DNA of 64,000 bases from Octopus sinensis (GCF_006345805.1 NC_043022.1:4526001-4590000), one strand, 5' to 3'. Shown: positions 1-12,817, counted from the stretch's first letter. Numbers and translations: made by a program. Notes: generated from the sequence alone by a model not told the origin.

Positions 1-224
1 TACCATCATATTTTTCCATTTTAATGCATTTTTTTCGCTTTTATATAAGGGAAGTAACTCTCTAAAAGTATCTACGATGTGTCAACGATTTTTTAAAAAA
101 ATTTACCTTAATTTTTTTTCAATTTTTAATGCATTTTTTTGCTATTTTTTGGCTATAACTCTCTAAAAATGCTTATATAGTTATTTCCCTTACAAACCCG
201 AGCAACGCTGGGCGATACTGCTAG
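1..224 (+). mobile_element. Non-autonomous Helitron, 3' part (5' end outside window)
   Basis: Ends in GC hairpin CCCGAGCAACGCTGGG followed by CTAG|T (221-225). Body matches 62170-62294 and 11343-11480. Confidence 0.75.
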
Positions 225-329
225 TATATATATAAAGGTGGTGCTCCAGCATGGCTGCAGTCAAATGACTGAAACAAGTAAAAGAATACAAGAATATATA
301 TATATATATATATATATATGACCTCGTGT

Positions 330-533
330 GTAACGTTGGCGATTTTTTTTTCCTCTGTCTTCCCTTCTCTGGATCTTTCCTTCTCCTATGTTTCCGACGA
401 AGAGCTCCGCTTGAAACATTAAACCCTCCTTCTTCCCTTCCTTCCTGAGCATCCAATAATACTATATTTGTTCCACGTCCTCGCGTTGTTGTGTTTTTTT
501 TGTGCTTTCTTGTTTGGATTAACTTTATATATA

Positions 534-535
<2 letters not shown>
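330..535 (+). mobile_element. Short dispersed element with hammerhead-like motif (Penelope-like/retrozyme-type family H1)
   Basis: Homologous to 45125-45320 and 46575-46775. Contains GTTT-CCGACGA-A-GAGC-TCC-GCTT-GAAACATT-AAAC (390-424, degenerate core). Flanked by (TA)n. Confidence 0.6.
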
Positions 536-571
<36 letters not shown>

Positions 572-702
572 CAGGGTGTCCCCCAAAAATGTATATACAC
601 CTTAAATAATTGTAAATTTGTTATTCTTTCTAAGCCTAGTACTTATTCTATCGTTCTCTTTTGCCGAACCACTATGTGTATACATTTTTTTGGGACACCC
701 TG
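572..702. mobile_element. Tc1/mariner-type MITE
   Basis: TIRs CAGGGTGTCCCCCAAAAATGTATATACAC / GTGTATACATTTTTTTGGGACACCCTG with TA on both sides. Confidence 0.8.
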
Positions 703-757
703 TATATATATATATAAGTATATACACACACATCTCTCTCCCCCCTCTCTCTCTGTC

Positions 758-793
<36 letters not shown>

Positions 794-1075
794 TCTCTCT
801 CTCTGTCTCTCTCTCTATATATATACACACACACACATGTGCGTGTATATATACAAATGTGTGTCTATATATTCTGATTATTAAACTGAAACTAAATTGT
901 CATCATAACAGTTTGATGTGTTATGAAATTTTATTATGTGCAAACATTTAATAATTTGATCGTTAAACTACTAATTAAATATACATTAAGTGTACTAGCT
1001 TTAACGAACTGTTCAAAAATATATGAAATTAATATGAAATATACAGCTGCAGCATATACATCTCCACACACAGCA

Positions 1076-1099
<24 letters not shown>

Positions 1100-1121
<22 letters not shown>

Positions 1122-1189
1122 TGGATGGATGGATGGATGGATGGATGGATGGATATAGATAGACAGATAGATAGATAGATGGATAGACG

Positions 1190-1223
<34 letters not shown>

Positions 1224-1290
1224 CAGATAGAGAGATAGATAGATAAATAAATAGATAGACAGATAGATAGATGGATAGATAGATAGATAA

Positions 1291-1323
<33 letters not shown>

Positions 1324-1350
1324 CAGATAGAGAGATAGATAGATAAATAA

Positions 1351-1387
<37 letters not shown>

Positions 1388-1414
1388 TAGATAGATAGAT
1401 AGATAGATACAAAA

Positions 1415-1492
<78 letters not shown>

Positions 1493-1520
1493 TGATTGAT
1501 AGATATAGATAAATAGATAG
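1100..1520. repeat. Compound (GATG)n/(GATA)n/(GACA)n microsatellite
   Basis: Read directly from the sequence. Confidence 0.95.
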
Positions 1521-1875
1521 AAAGAAATATATGAATATTAGATTTTGAAGAAAACCTACATTAACTTATGGACTCCCTAAAATTTCGATTTCACAGCTGG
1601 GTCTGTGATCACACATAGGTTCAGTAATTAATGAGTAATTAGATTAGGTTGATACATTAAATTTTGTATGTCATTATTTACTTATTTATTTTGAACAAAT
1701 TCTATTCGTCTTCTGTTTGAGTAAGACTAAAACTTTCTCTATTTTCAATTCTTTACATGGAAATAAAATGATGGCAAGGGGAGTGATAATAAGGGCATCC
1801 AACCACAGAAATAGAGCTAAAAATGTAATGCATGAATGAGATATCATCCCCAATATGTCAGAGAAGGCAGTAATA

Positions 1876-2687
1876 TCTCTATATATAAACGGCAGTTTGT
1901 CTGTCTGTGTGTCTGTCAGGTTGTACCCTCGCCCTGACCACGGCTTTCAACCGATTCTGATGAAACTTGACACACACATAGCCCAATGTCATAATTCAAA
2001 ACTAACGCAGCGAAAATTTTGAAAAGTTCCCCCAGTTCTGAAAAAAATCGATAAATTCGACATGGGTCGAGAATCTAAGCTTTTTATATGCAACACATTT
2101 TCTACAGACTGTCTAGGGGACGCAACTCGACCTTTTTAACTCTCGGAACACGTGGGGTAAGTATCCCAAAATGTATAAAAATGTACTAAAACGGCAAAAA
2201 AGCGGGCAGCAATGTGAGTGACAACAACGAAAAAGTCAAAAGTGACCAAACTGAACAAACGAATGGAAAAGTTTTTTTGATGCACATGACAAAAGCGGTT
2301 TATAATAAACCAAGAGTTTGCAAGTAGCGTCCGAGGACCCTTAGGGTACGTCAAAAATTTAAGGTAAAACGTTTGGGGTGGTAGTTATAAAGAAAGTGTA
2401 AACAAAAAAAGTATACGAATAACTTGCAGCAGCAGCAGCTATCATATATATTTATTTATGTGTAAAGGGTAAAGTTGGGGGTAAAGTCTCGAATGTAATT
2501 TCTTCCTGGTAGGAATTGGTTGGGTTGAATTATCGATAGCTGTTTGATAGTTATTTGGGAGTGAAGAGAAGACATTGCAACCTACACATGCGCCTTCGTT
2601 CTCTAGAGGGAAAGGACTAGATTGGGATTAGTCGTTGCCTACTAGGGGGCTCTTACATACCCGGGCAATGCCGGGCTATGCTGCTAG
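1876..2687 (+). mobile_element. Non-autonomous Helitron
   Basis: A|TC 5' end, 3' CCCGG-GCAATG-CCGGG hairpin and CTAG|T. The first ~250 bp are shared with 61918-62160. Confidence 0.75.
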
Positions 2688-3302
2688 TATGGAAATAAAA
2701 TGATGGCAAGGGGAGTGATAATAAGGGCAGAGAGATTTCTTCAGTGTTGCTGAGAACACGACAACCTCCTAAGTGTTGGTGCTATAAAACAAGCGCTCAA
2801 GACTCCAAATAAAGGTTTGGTGTTAGGAAGGGCATCCAACCACAGAAATAGAGCTAAAAATGTAATGCATGATGATATATCATCCTCAATATGTCAGAGA
2901 AGGCAGTAATTCTGAATAAAAGCGGATTTGGACTGTGACGACCTGTCCAATCCATGCCAGCATGGACAAGTGGAGAGACGAATATCAGTGATGAGTACCA
3001 TCAGTTACCTCAGATTTTGTAATTTATTTGCATTATCTCATCTCATTTCTCTTTTCCCCCTTATTCCTTGAAGGGTTGTGGTGGCAGAATCCTCAAATGC
3101 CCCTTTTAGTGGGTCCTGTTAGGAAACTACTGTCTCCAACTGATCCAGCTCCATCCCCAAGAGAGACCAACCACAGGAAGGGCATCCAGCTGTAGAATAT
3201 CTGGCTCAGTAAACTTTATCTGACCCTATGTATGATAACATGGACAAGTGGACAGTAAAATGAGGATGATAACGATGATTTTATTTATCCATGTGCAATG
3301 GA

Positions 3303-3789
3303 TAAAAGCACCGTCCGTTCGTGGCCGTTTGCCAGCTCTGTCTGGCCCCGTGTCGGTGGCACGTAAAAGCACCATCCGTTCGTGTCCGTTGCCAACCTCG
3401 GCTGGCCCCCGTGCCGGTGACACGTAAAAGCACTGTCCGTTCGTGGCCGTTTGCCAGCTCTGTCTGGCCCCGTGTCGGTGGCACGTAAAAGCACCATCCG
3501 TTCGTGTCCGTTGCCAGCATCGCCTGGCCCCGTGCCAGTGACACGTAAAAGCACCATCCGTTCGTGGCCGTTTGCCAGCTCTGTCTGGCACCTGTGCAGG
3601 TGGCACGTAAAAAACACCCACTACACTCGCGGAGTGGTTGGCGTTAGGAAGGGCATCCAGCCGTAGAAACACTGTGAGATCTGACTGGGCCTGACGAAGC
3701 CTTCCAGCTTCACAGACCCCAGTTGAACCGTCCAACCCATGCTAGCATGGAAAGCGGACGCTAAATGATGATGATGATGATGATGATGA
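3303..3789 (+). mobile_element. 5'-truncated RTE LINE (3'UTR only)
   Basis: Matches the 3' end of the 55701-60710 element, has about five ~61-bp internal repeats and a (TGA)n tail. Confidence 0.9.
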
Positions 3790-4344
3790 ATGTAAGAAAC
3801 TTAAAATAACAAGAAGAAACACATCTGCAGACAGTATAGGGACATATTATAGGAGCTGTTGTGAGGTTTTTGGAGAGAGAAATATGTGAGACAACCTTGA
3901 AAAGACAAAAACTAAGAACAGCAATGTCATGTTAGATAAAAATAAAAACGATAAGAGAATTAGACAAAAGATAGATAAGGGAATTAGAGGAGAGAGTGAT
4001 AAGAAAATAGATGAGAGCGAGATAAGAGAATTATACAAAAGACAGGTTTACAAATACATAGAAATTAATCAAGTATACACAACGTGTTATGGGATAGTGG
4101 TGGTGGTGGGACGAGAGGGAAGTTTAGTAATCAAACAGTAACTTTTCTATTTCTAAATGTGTGTGTGTCTGTCCCTGTGTGTATGTGAACATGCATGCGT
4201 GTGCATTTTTATGTGCATTTCTATGCAGCAGCTGCAGCTTTCCTGAATCTGTAATGGATCAAAGTAAAACCTATGTAAACATAAATATGTGTGTACAAGA
4301 TCGCATGAAACAAATATATGTGTGTATATGGGGGTGGATTATAT

Positions 4345-4748
4345 ACTTTTATTCTTTTGCCGTTTTGCTTATTTCAGCCATTTGACTGCGGCCATGCTGG
4401 AGCAACGCCTTTAGTCGTACAAATCATCCCCAAGTATTATTCTTTATAAGCCTAGTACTTATTCTATCAGTCTGTTTTGCCAAACTGCTAAGTTGCAAAA
4501 ACGTAAATACACCAATATTGGTTGTCAAGACAATGGGGGGGGGGGACCAAACACAGAAACACAAATACATACACATATATAAATATATATGATAGGCTTC
4601 TTTCAGTTTCCGTCTACCAAGTCCATTCACAAACCTTTGGTCCACCCAAGGCTATCGTAGAAGACACTTACCCAAGGAGTCACACAGTGGAACTGAACCT
4701 GAAAGAATGTGGTTGGGAAGCAAGTGTCTTACCACTTAGCCACCCCTG
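4345..4748 (-). mobile_element. tRNA-derived SINE family A (composite, internal microsatellite)
   Basis: Diverged copy of the family described at 8245-8642. Confidence 0.8.
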
Positions 4749-4766
4749 ATATATACATATATATAT

Positions 4767-4955
4767 ATACAAAATAAGAAAATGGAGAAATACATCCAAA
4801 TCAAATATCTATTACCAGATAATACCCAATCACATACTTTATTAAACCACCACATAAGAAACTTTTATGTGGTGGTTTAATAAAGTATGTGATTGAGTAT
4901 TATCTGGTAATTGATATTTGATTTGGATGTATTTCTCCATTTTCTTATTTTGTAT
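4767..4955. repeat. Near-perfect palindrome (foldback MITE-like)
   Basis: 91-bp arms (4767-4857 / 4865-4955) with 2 mismatches and a 7-nt spacer. Confidence 0.9.
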
Positions 4956-5281
4956 TATGAATTTGTGGTAAAAATAATTTTACCTTTGCCCATATAATAC
5001 AGTAAATGAATTGATTGCATCGCAATTCTTAACATTTATGTATTAACTTTGTTGGGTACTTCACTAGCAGTATATTGGATATATGTTATCCCATGGAGGG
5101 TTGCATTTACAACCCCTATCTCAATTTGTATATATATATATATATATAAATTTAAATCTATATAAATAAAGATAAGATCGTTAATTTAAAAATAAAATAA
5201 CAATTTTATCAAGTGGTCAGCATAGAAAAAATAACCTTCAAAGGTAATAATTATTAAAATTATAAATTAGGGTATCTCATA

Positions 5282-5771
5282 CATCATCATCATCATTTAG
5301 CGTCCGTTTTCCATGCTAGCATGGGTTGGACGGTTCAACTGGGGTCTGGGGAGCCCGAAGGCTGCACCAGGCCAGTAGGATCTGGCAGTGTTTCTACAGC
5401 TGGATGCCCTTCCTAACGTCAACCACTCCGAGAGTGTAGTGGGTGATTTTATGTGCCACCGACACAGGTGCCAGACGAGGCTGGCGAACGGCCACGCTCA
5501 GATGGTGTTTTTTATGTGCCATCGACACAGGTGCCAGACGAGGCTGGCAGACGGCCACGCTCGGATGGTGTTTTTTATGTGCCACCGACACAGGTGCCAG
5601 ACGAGGCTGGCGAACAGCCACAATCGGATGGTGTTTGTTACGTGCCCACAGCACGGAGGCCAGTCAATGCGGTACTGGCTACGGCCACGTTCGGATGGTT
5701 TTCTTATGTGCCACCGGCACTGGTACCACAAAGATACAAATTCCATTGATGTTCATCTATTTTGATTTGGT
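5282..5771 (-). mobile_element. 5'-truncated RTE LINE with 137-bp flanking direct repeat
   Basis: (CAT)n tail at left. 5145-5281 equals 5772-5908 with 1 mismatch. Confidence 0.9.
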
Positions 5772-5923
5772 TATAAATTTAAATCTATATAAATAAAGAT
5801 AAGATCGTTAATTTAAAAATAAAATAACAATTTTATCAAGTGGTCAGCATAGAAAAAATAAACTTCAAAGGTAATAATTATTAAAATTATAAATTAGGGT
5901 ATCTCATAGATACCTAATTTATA

Positions 5924-5961
<38 letters not shown>

Positions 5962-6173
5962 GTATATATAGTTATTTATTTATATATATATATTTATGTA
6001 TATATATTTATGTATATATATATACATATACGTGCGAGAAGAATACATTTGTATGTATGCATGTGTATTTATGTCAGTAGGTGTGTCCTTGCTTGTGTAT
6101 ATGTATGTCAGTAGGTATACATGCATAACTCCTCTTTCACAAACAAGAATATAAGAATCATAACTTTGTGGTG

Positions 6174-6209
<36 letters not shown>

Positions 6210-7124
6210 GTAAAGCTACGTGGTAAGAAGTTTACTTTCCAGCCACATGGCTCCAGGTTCAGTCCTACTACGTGTCATCTTAGGCAAGTGTCTTCTTGTA
6301 TAGCCCCAGGCTGGCCAAAGACTTGTGAGTGGATCTGGTAGACAGAAACTGAAAGAAACCTATCGTGTGTGTGTGTTTGTGTGTGACCACCGCTTGACAA
6401 TTGGTGTTGGTTTGTTTACATCCATGTAACTTAACCACTTCAGCAAAAGACACCAAGAGAATAAGCGTCTTTTAAAAAAAAAATGTATTGGGTTTCATTC
6501 ATTCAACTAAAAATTCTTGAAGGCGTTGCTCCAGCGTGGCCGCAGTTTAATGAGTGAAACAAGCAGAAGATAGGAGATAAGAGATTAATAATATTCATAA
6601 ATACAACAACAACAACAACGATAACTATAACAACAACATTTTCTTGATTAGCCTCAAGGGTACGGGTAGACTTCCACAGCTAATAAATAATATGCATAAA
6701 ATATTCAATTAATTATGATTCACGTTAGCTCTCTTTCTTCCCTAATTAATCCCTAATTAATTAATTATATGTTACACAGCATCAGCCCAGTTGATAATAA
6801 ACACTTCCTGACTCTTTCAATAATTCCAACTCTTGTTCGTTCCACACTGAATCCTTTCTTTGGTGTTCTCTTCTTAAACGACACGCTGGCATCGTTTAGC
6901 TATCTAATCTATCAGGATCAATCAATCAATCAACTGCCAGGCTATATTCACTGTTTGTTGTTGCTTGCTTCGGTTGTTGGCCTCTGAGGTGAGCAAAAAC
7001 CTGTCACAATCTAACATTCCATATACTCTGTGCTCTAACGATGATAATGGTGAATTAAATTGCTAGTTTTGGTTCATTATCTTATCTTTACTACAACAGA
7101 TGCTCTACATGTATTTATCTGTCT

Positions 7125-7333
7125 TCATCATCATCATCATCGTTTAACGTCCGCTTTCCATGCTAGCATGGGTTGGACGGTTCAACTGGGGTCTGGCAAG
7201 CCCGAAGGCTGCACCAGGCCAGTCAGATCTGGCAGTGTTTCTACAGCTGGATGCCCTTCCTAACGCCAACCACTCCGAGAGTGTAGTGGGTGATTTTATG
7301 TGCCACCGACACAGGTGCCAGACGAGGCTGGCA
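7125..7333 (-). mobile_element. 5'-truncated RTE LINE
   Basis: Reverse complement of the RTE terminal ~200 bp, with (CAT)n tail. Confidence 0.9.
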
Positions 7334-7405
7334 GAAATTTCTGGGACTAGTTTTGTAGCGCACCAACTGATGGCAGCACACTGAAAGAAACCCATCATGT
7401 GTGTG

Positions 7406-7443
<38 letters not shown>

Positions 7444-7659
7444 CCACCGCTTGACAATTGGTGTTGGTTTGTTTACATCCATGTAACTTAACCATTTCAG
7501 CAAAAGACACCAAGAGAATAAGCGTCTTTTAAAAAAAATGTATTGGGTTTCATTCATTAAACTAAAAATTCTTGAAGGCGCTGCTCCAGCGTGGCCGCAG
7601 TTTAATGAGTGAAACAAGCAGAAGATAGGAGATAAGAGATTAATAACATTCATAAAAAC

Positions 7660-8125
7660 AACGTGTGCAGTGAGAGCTAGCAGTGACCTCTATGAGGCAG
7701 AGTGCTGAGTGACATTGCTGGTTTACTTCGCAAGTTGTGAAATTTGTGTTTTTGTGATCGCATGTATCTGCTGTAGTTTGTGATTTTGTCATGGACAGGA
7801 ATAAAGAGCCAATGTGAAATTTTGCATTAAACTTGGAAAGTCTGCTAAAGAGTCATTGAGCAGGCTTCGACAAGATTATGGTGATGAAACAATGGGTCGT
7901 ATGCGGTGTTTGGAGTGACAGGAGCACTTCAAAAGTAGAAGCATGTCCATGGAAGATGATGAGTGACCAGGAAGACCTGCCATGTGCATTTTGTGTTTTT
8001 GTGGTCAGGTGTCTGCTGTAGTCTGTGATTTTTGTCATGGACAGGAACACAGAGCCAACATGAAATTTTGTGTTAAACTTGGGAAGTCTGCTACAGAGAC
8101 ATTGAGCATGCTATGGCAAGCTTAC
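7660..8125 (+). pseudogene. Two tandem mariner transposase N-terminal relics
   Basis: Translations such as VKFCIKLGKSAKE...DE*PGRP and MKFCVKLGKSATETLSML resemble the mariner N-terminal HTH (KFCxKLGK..ET). Stops and frameshifts present. Confidence 0.7.
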
Positions 8126-8244
8126 ATCGATGCTGGTACCACATAAAAAGCACTGGTGTAACCATCCAACCCACGTCAGCATGGAAGACAGACATCAAAT
8201 GATGATGATGATGATGATAATGAATGAATTAATTAAAGTATATA

Positions 8245-8642
8245 AATGTGGCTGTGTGGTAAGTAGCTTGCTAACCAACCACATGGTTCCGGGTTCAGTC
8301 CCACTGCATGGCCTCTTGGGCAAGTGTCTTCTGCTATAGCCCCGGGCCGACCAATGCCTTGTGAGTGGATTTGGTAGACGGAAACTGAAAGAAGCCTGTC
8401 GTATATATGTGTATATATATATATATGTATGTGTGTGTTTGTGTGTCTCTGTTTGTCCCCCTAGCATTGCTTGACAACCGATGCTGGTGTGTTTACGTCC
8501 CTGTCACTTAGCGGTTCGGCAAAAGAGACCGATAGAATAAGTACTGGACTTACAAAGAATAAGTCCTGGGGTCGATTTGCTCGACTAAAGGCGGTGCTCC
8601 AGCATGGCCGCAGTCAAATGACTGAAACAAGTAAAGAGAGAG
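8245..8642 (+). mobile_element. tRNA-derived SINE family A
   Basis: Head TGGCTGTGTGG (A-box-like) and GGTTCAGTCC (B-box-like), then body, internal (TA)n(TG)n, and tail ending ACAAGTAAAAGAG. Other copies at about 6195-6600(+), 10013-10443(+), 10655-11050(-), 13875-14268(-), 16065-16442(-), 18415-19145(+), 22228-22630(+), 22895-23725(-), 27135-27537(-), 29535-29995(-), 38395-38700(-), 38880-39300(+), 42540-42860(-), 44680-45095(-). Confidence 0.85.
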
Positions 8643-8930
8643 TTATATTTTACAACTCACATTTGTTTCTACAATAAGGACAAGGCTTGAGGTTTTGTGG
8701 GCAGGAGGCTGGTTGATTACATCAACCCCCAGTACGTAACTGGTATTTACTTTATCGATCCCAAAAGAATGAAAGGCAAAAACCGACCTTGGCAAAATCT
8801 GAACTCAAAACGTAATGGCGGACGAATGCCAGGAAGCATTTCCTGCGACATGGTGATGCTTCTGCCAGCTGACTGCCTTCTCCATTGTCATGGCAACAAG
8901 AATCACAATCTTCATCACTAAGTCATCATA

Positions 8931-9580
8931 GGAAGCTTGAGGAGATGGAGATGGTGGTGGTGGTAGAGGTGGTGGTGGTGGTGGAGATGATGGTAGAGAT
9001 GGTGGTGGTGGTGGTGGTGGTGGAGATGGTGGTGGTGGTGGAGATGGTGGTGGTGGTAGAGATGGTGGTGGTGGTAGAGGTGGTGGTGGTGGTGGAGATG
9101 GTGGTGGTGGTAGAGATGGTGGTGGTGGTAGAGATGGTGGTGGTGGTAGAGATGGTGGTGGTGGTAGAGGTGGTGGTGGTGGTAGAGATGGTGGTGGTGG
9201 TAGAGGTGGTGGTGGTGGTGGTGGAGATGGTGGTGGTGGTGGAGATGGTGGTGGTGGAGATGGTAGTGGTGGTGGTGGAGATGGTGGTGGTGGTAGAGGT
9301 AGAGGTGGTGGTGGTAGAGATGGTGGTGGTGGTAGAGGTGGTGGTGGTAGAGGTGGTGGTGGTGGAGATGGTGGTGGTGGTGGAGGTAGAGGTGGTGGTG
9401 GTGGTGGTAGAGGTGGTGGTGGTGGAGATGGTGGTAGAGATGGTGGTGGTGGTGGAGATGGTGGTGGTGGTGGTAGAGATGGTGGTGGTGGTGGAGATGG
9501 AGATGGTGGTGGTAGAGGTGGTGGGTGAACCAGATTTCTGGATTTTCTAGTTTTCTGAACCAAGGTTTAATTAATATACA
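8931..9580. repeat. (GGT)n/GAGATGGTG array inside a dispersed repeat
   Basis: Non-repetitive flanks are shared with 12081-12475 (GGAAGCTT... and ACCAGATTTCTGGATTTTCTAGTTTTCTGAACCA). Confidence 0.8.
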
Positions 9581-10201
9581 CTAATTAGTGATGCAATTAT
9601 TTATTAAAATGACTTTTCAGTCATTTCAAATGTTTATTTATAATAAACAACAAATGTATAACCAATGATTAATAAAGATATTTTAATCATTCAAATTCCT
9701 GTTCTTCACCTTAAGATACGATCTTTGTGTGTCTCGTGTTCTCGCTTTATGGAGAGATAACGATGTGACTTGATTAACTTGCAACAATGCTTAAAATATA
9801 AAATAAACGAAGGAAAGTAAACGAAGCATTGTATTTGATAGATACAGATTAATGAAATTCTAAAGCTGTGTCTGTTTAATCTTTATTAATCCACTTAGAA
9901 ATTGTGTTCTAAGTCTCTTCCGTATCACAAAAGATATTTCCTTTCTTGGTTTCCATTTACAAATTGCCTCTCAACTAGTCTTTTAGATATGACATTGAAT
10001 GAAATGTGTCATAGCAGGAGTGGCTGTGTGGTAAGTAGCTTGTTTTACCAACCACATGGTTCCGGGTTCAGTCCCACTGTGTAGCACCTCGGGCAAGTGT
10101 CTTCTACTATAGCCTCGGGCTGACCAAAGCCTTGTGAGTGGATTTGGTAGACGGAAACTGAAAGAAGCCCGTCGTATATATGTATGTTTGTGTATATATA
10201 T

Positions 10202-10233
<32 letters not shown>

Positions 10234-11342
10234 CGTGTGTATGTGTGTCTGTGTTTGTCCCCCTAGCATTGCTTGACAACCGATGCTGGTGTGTTTATGT
10301 CCCCATCACTTAGCAGTTCGGCAAAAGAAACTGACAGAATAAGTACTGGGCTTACAAAAGAATAAGTCCCGGGTCGAGTTGCTCGATTAAAGGCGGTGTC
10401 CCAGCATGGCCGCAGTCAAATGACTGAAACAAGTAAAAGAGTATAGCACACACACACACACAAATTATGTCTCCAACCAGCTTTGTTTTCTGTCATTGTT
10501 CTGGTCTCATTCCAGCTTACCCACCCTTCTTGTCTCCTTTCTTTATCAATGGTCCTTCACCATATGGTCTTAAGGGTGCCTTGCTGCTCTTTTCCCCCAC
10601 AGGCCTCAACATTAGTGCTACCATATGATTACTTTCTCGATCCTGTCTCTCTTTACTCTCTTTTACTCTTTTACTTGTTTCAGTCATTTGACTGTGGCCA
10701 TGCTGGAGCACTGCCTTTAGTCGAGCAAATTGACCCCGGGACTTATTCTTTTGTAAGCCCAGTACTTATTCTATCGGTATCTTTTGCCGAACTGCTAAGT
10801 TACGGGGACATAAACACCAGCATCGGTTGTCAAGCAATGCTAGGGGGACAAACACAGACACACAAACAGATATATATTTATACATATATACGACAGGCTT
10901 CTTTCAGTTTCCATCTACCAAATCCAATCACAAGGCATTGGTCGGCCCGAGGCTATAGCAGAAGACACTTGCCCAAGATGCCACGCAGTGGGACTGAACC
11001 CGGAACCATGTGGTTGGTAAACAAGCCACTTAGCACACAGCCACTCCTGCGCAATGACATGTCTGAGGACGTGTCTGATCCAGTTCCTGCATCTCCGTCT
11101 TATTTTGTCTTTAATCCTGTTGATCCTCGTTGTTGTCTCAATTGTGTCATTTCAGACTCTTTGCAGCCACTTGATCTCAAGTATTCTCCTTAACCATGCC
11201 AACTGGAAGCCGTCCATTGTTTGTTCTTCTATTTTTGTCACTGTCCAGTTTTCACGTCCATAGAGTAACAAATTCTGTTTTATGGACAGCTTTGGTTTTG
11301 TTTTGCAGCCTCTGAAGGTATTACCTCTAGTTTATATAATAA

Positions 11343-11652
11343 CTAGCAGTATCGCCTGGCATTGCTCGGATTTGTAAGGGAAATAACTATATAAGCATTT
11401 TTAGAGAGTTACTTCCCTTATATAAACCGAGCAAAAAATGCATTAAAAGAACGAAAAAAATTATGGTAAATTTTATTTTAAATCGTAGACTCATCATAGA
11501 TGCGCACAAATACCCAGAAGGGCTCAATATGAATCACGACTATAAGATACCCACTTTTGGTTAAACTGCACCACAAAATGTGGGAGTAGTTAGGAATCTA
11601 AATCGGAGTAGACAGACTCTCACACACACAACTTCAGTTTTATGTATAAAGA
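11343..11652 (-). mobile_element. Non-autonomous Helitron
   Basis: On the minus strand: A|TC start at 11652, hairpin plus CTAG|T at 11343. Its 3' module is shared with 1-224 and 61918-62294. Confidence 0.75.
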
Positions 11653-11819
11653 TTAGGATGCTCACTCCCATGCATCATCATCTAGTGTTTTAAATCCAGG
11701 TCTTGTCCCCTTTAATGGGGGTGGCCAGATCTACCTCAATGCCATAGCAACCACCCTCACACCATCTCGCCATCTTGCTCGGTTTTGGGCATCCTCTTTT
11801 CCAAACTGACCCTTTTCCA

Positions 11820-12065
11820 AACGTAGTGGTTAAGAACACGGGCTACTAACCCCAGGATTTGGAGTTCGATTCCAGGCAGAGACCTGAACAACAACAACAA
11901 CAATAATAATAATAACATCGAAAAATACCTTAGGAATGAGAACCCAGGTTCGAAATTTCTCCAAGACACCTGAAGAAAGCGGGGGGGGGTGGCTAAATCA
12001 GCCAAAACGTGTCGACAACAAACATGATGAGGACAAATATCCATCAAATGTAAATAATGTAAATA
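11820..12065 (+). mobile_element. tRNA-headed SINE with hammerhead-like 3' module (family H2)
   Basis: B box GAGTTCGATTCC at about 11862-11873. Motif ACAC-CTGAAGA...CAGCC-AAAAC-GT at 11966-12010. Homologous to 28583-28795. Confidence 0.6.
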
Positions 12066-12817
12066 ATGTACCTTCCAATAGGAAGCTTTGAGATTGAGGA
12101 GGAGGTGGAGATGGTGGTGGTGGTGGTAGTAGAGATGGTGGTGATTGTGGAGATGGTGGTGTGGTGGAGATGGTTGTGGTGGTGGAGGTGGTGGTGGTGG
12201 AGATGGTGGTGGTGGTGGAGATGGTGGTGGTGGTGGTGGAGATGGTGGTGGTAGTGGTGGAGATGGTGGTGATGGTGGTGGTAGTAGAGATGGTGGTGAT
12301 GGTGGTGTGGTGGAGATGGTTGTGGTGGTGGAGATGGTGGTGGTGGAGATGGTGGTGTGGTGGAGATGGTGGTAGTGATGGTGGAGATGGAGATGGTGGT
12401 AGGTGATGGTGGTGGTGGGGGGGGACCAGATTTCTGGATTTTCTAGTTTTCTGAACCAGGTTTTAATTAATATACCTCCACCTTTTTCTCGGTCTACCTA
12501 CAGATTTTGATATACGAGTGTTTGAAGAAAGGATTTGATAGAAATAAAAGGATTAAAAACACGGCAATAGATGCATGAACGCAATTTGAGTCCAGAGATG
12601 GATTTTGCATCGGACGAACATGTCTGATGATTGCAGGATATGATTCTTTTATTGCTCTGTTTCTTCAACTCAAATAGTTTAGATGCACCGTGACATATTT
12701 TATGCCATGCAGATCGATCTAAGCATTAACTTTCCCAAGATGTTAAATCAAGAAGGAGGGATTTTACTGATTGTCTCAACTTATAGTTTATACCTATGGA
12801 GATAATAACAATATAAT

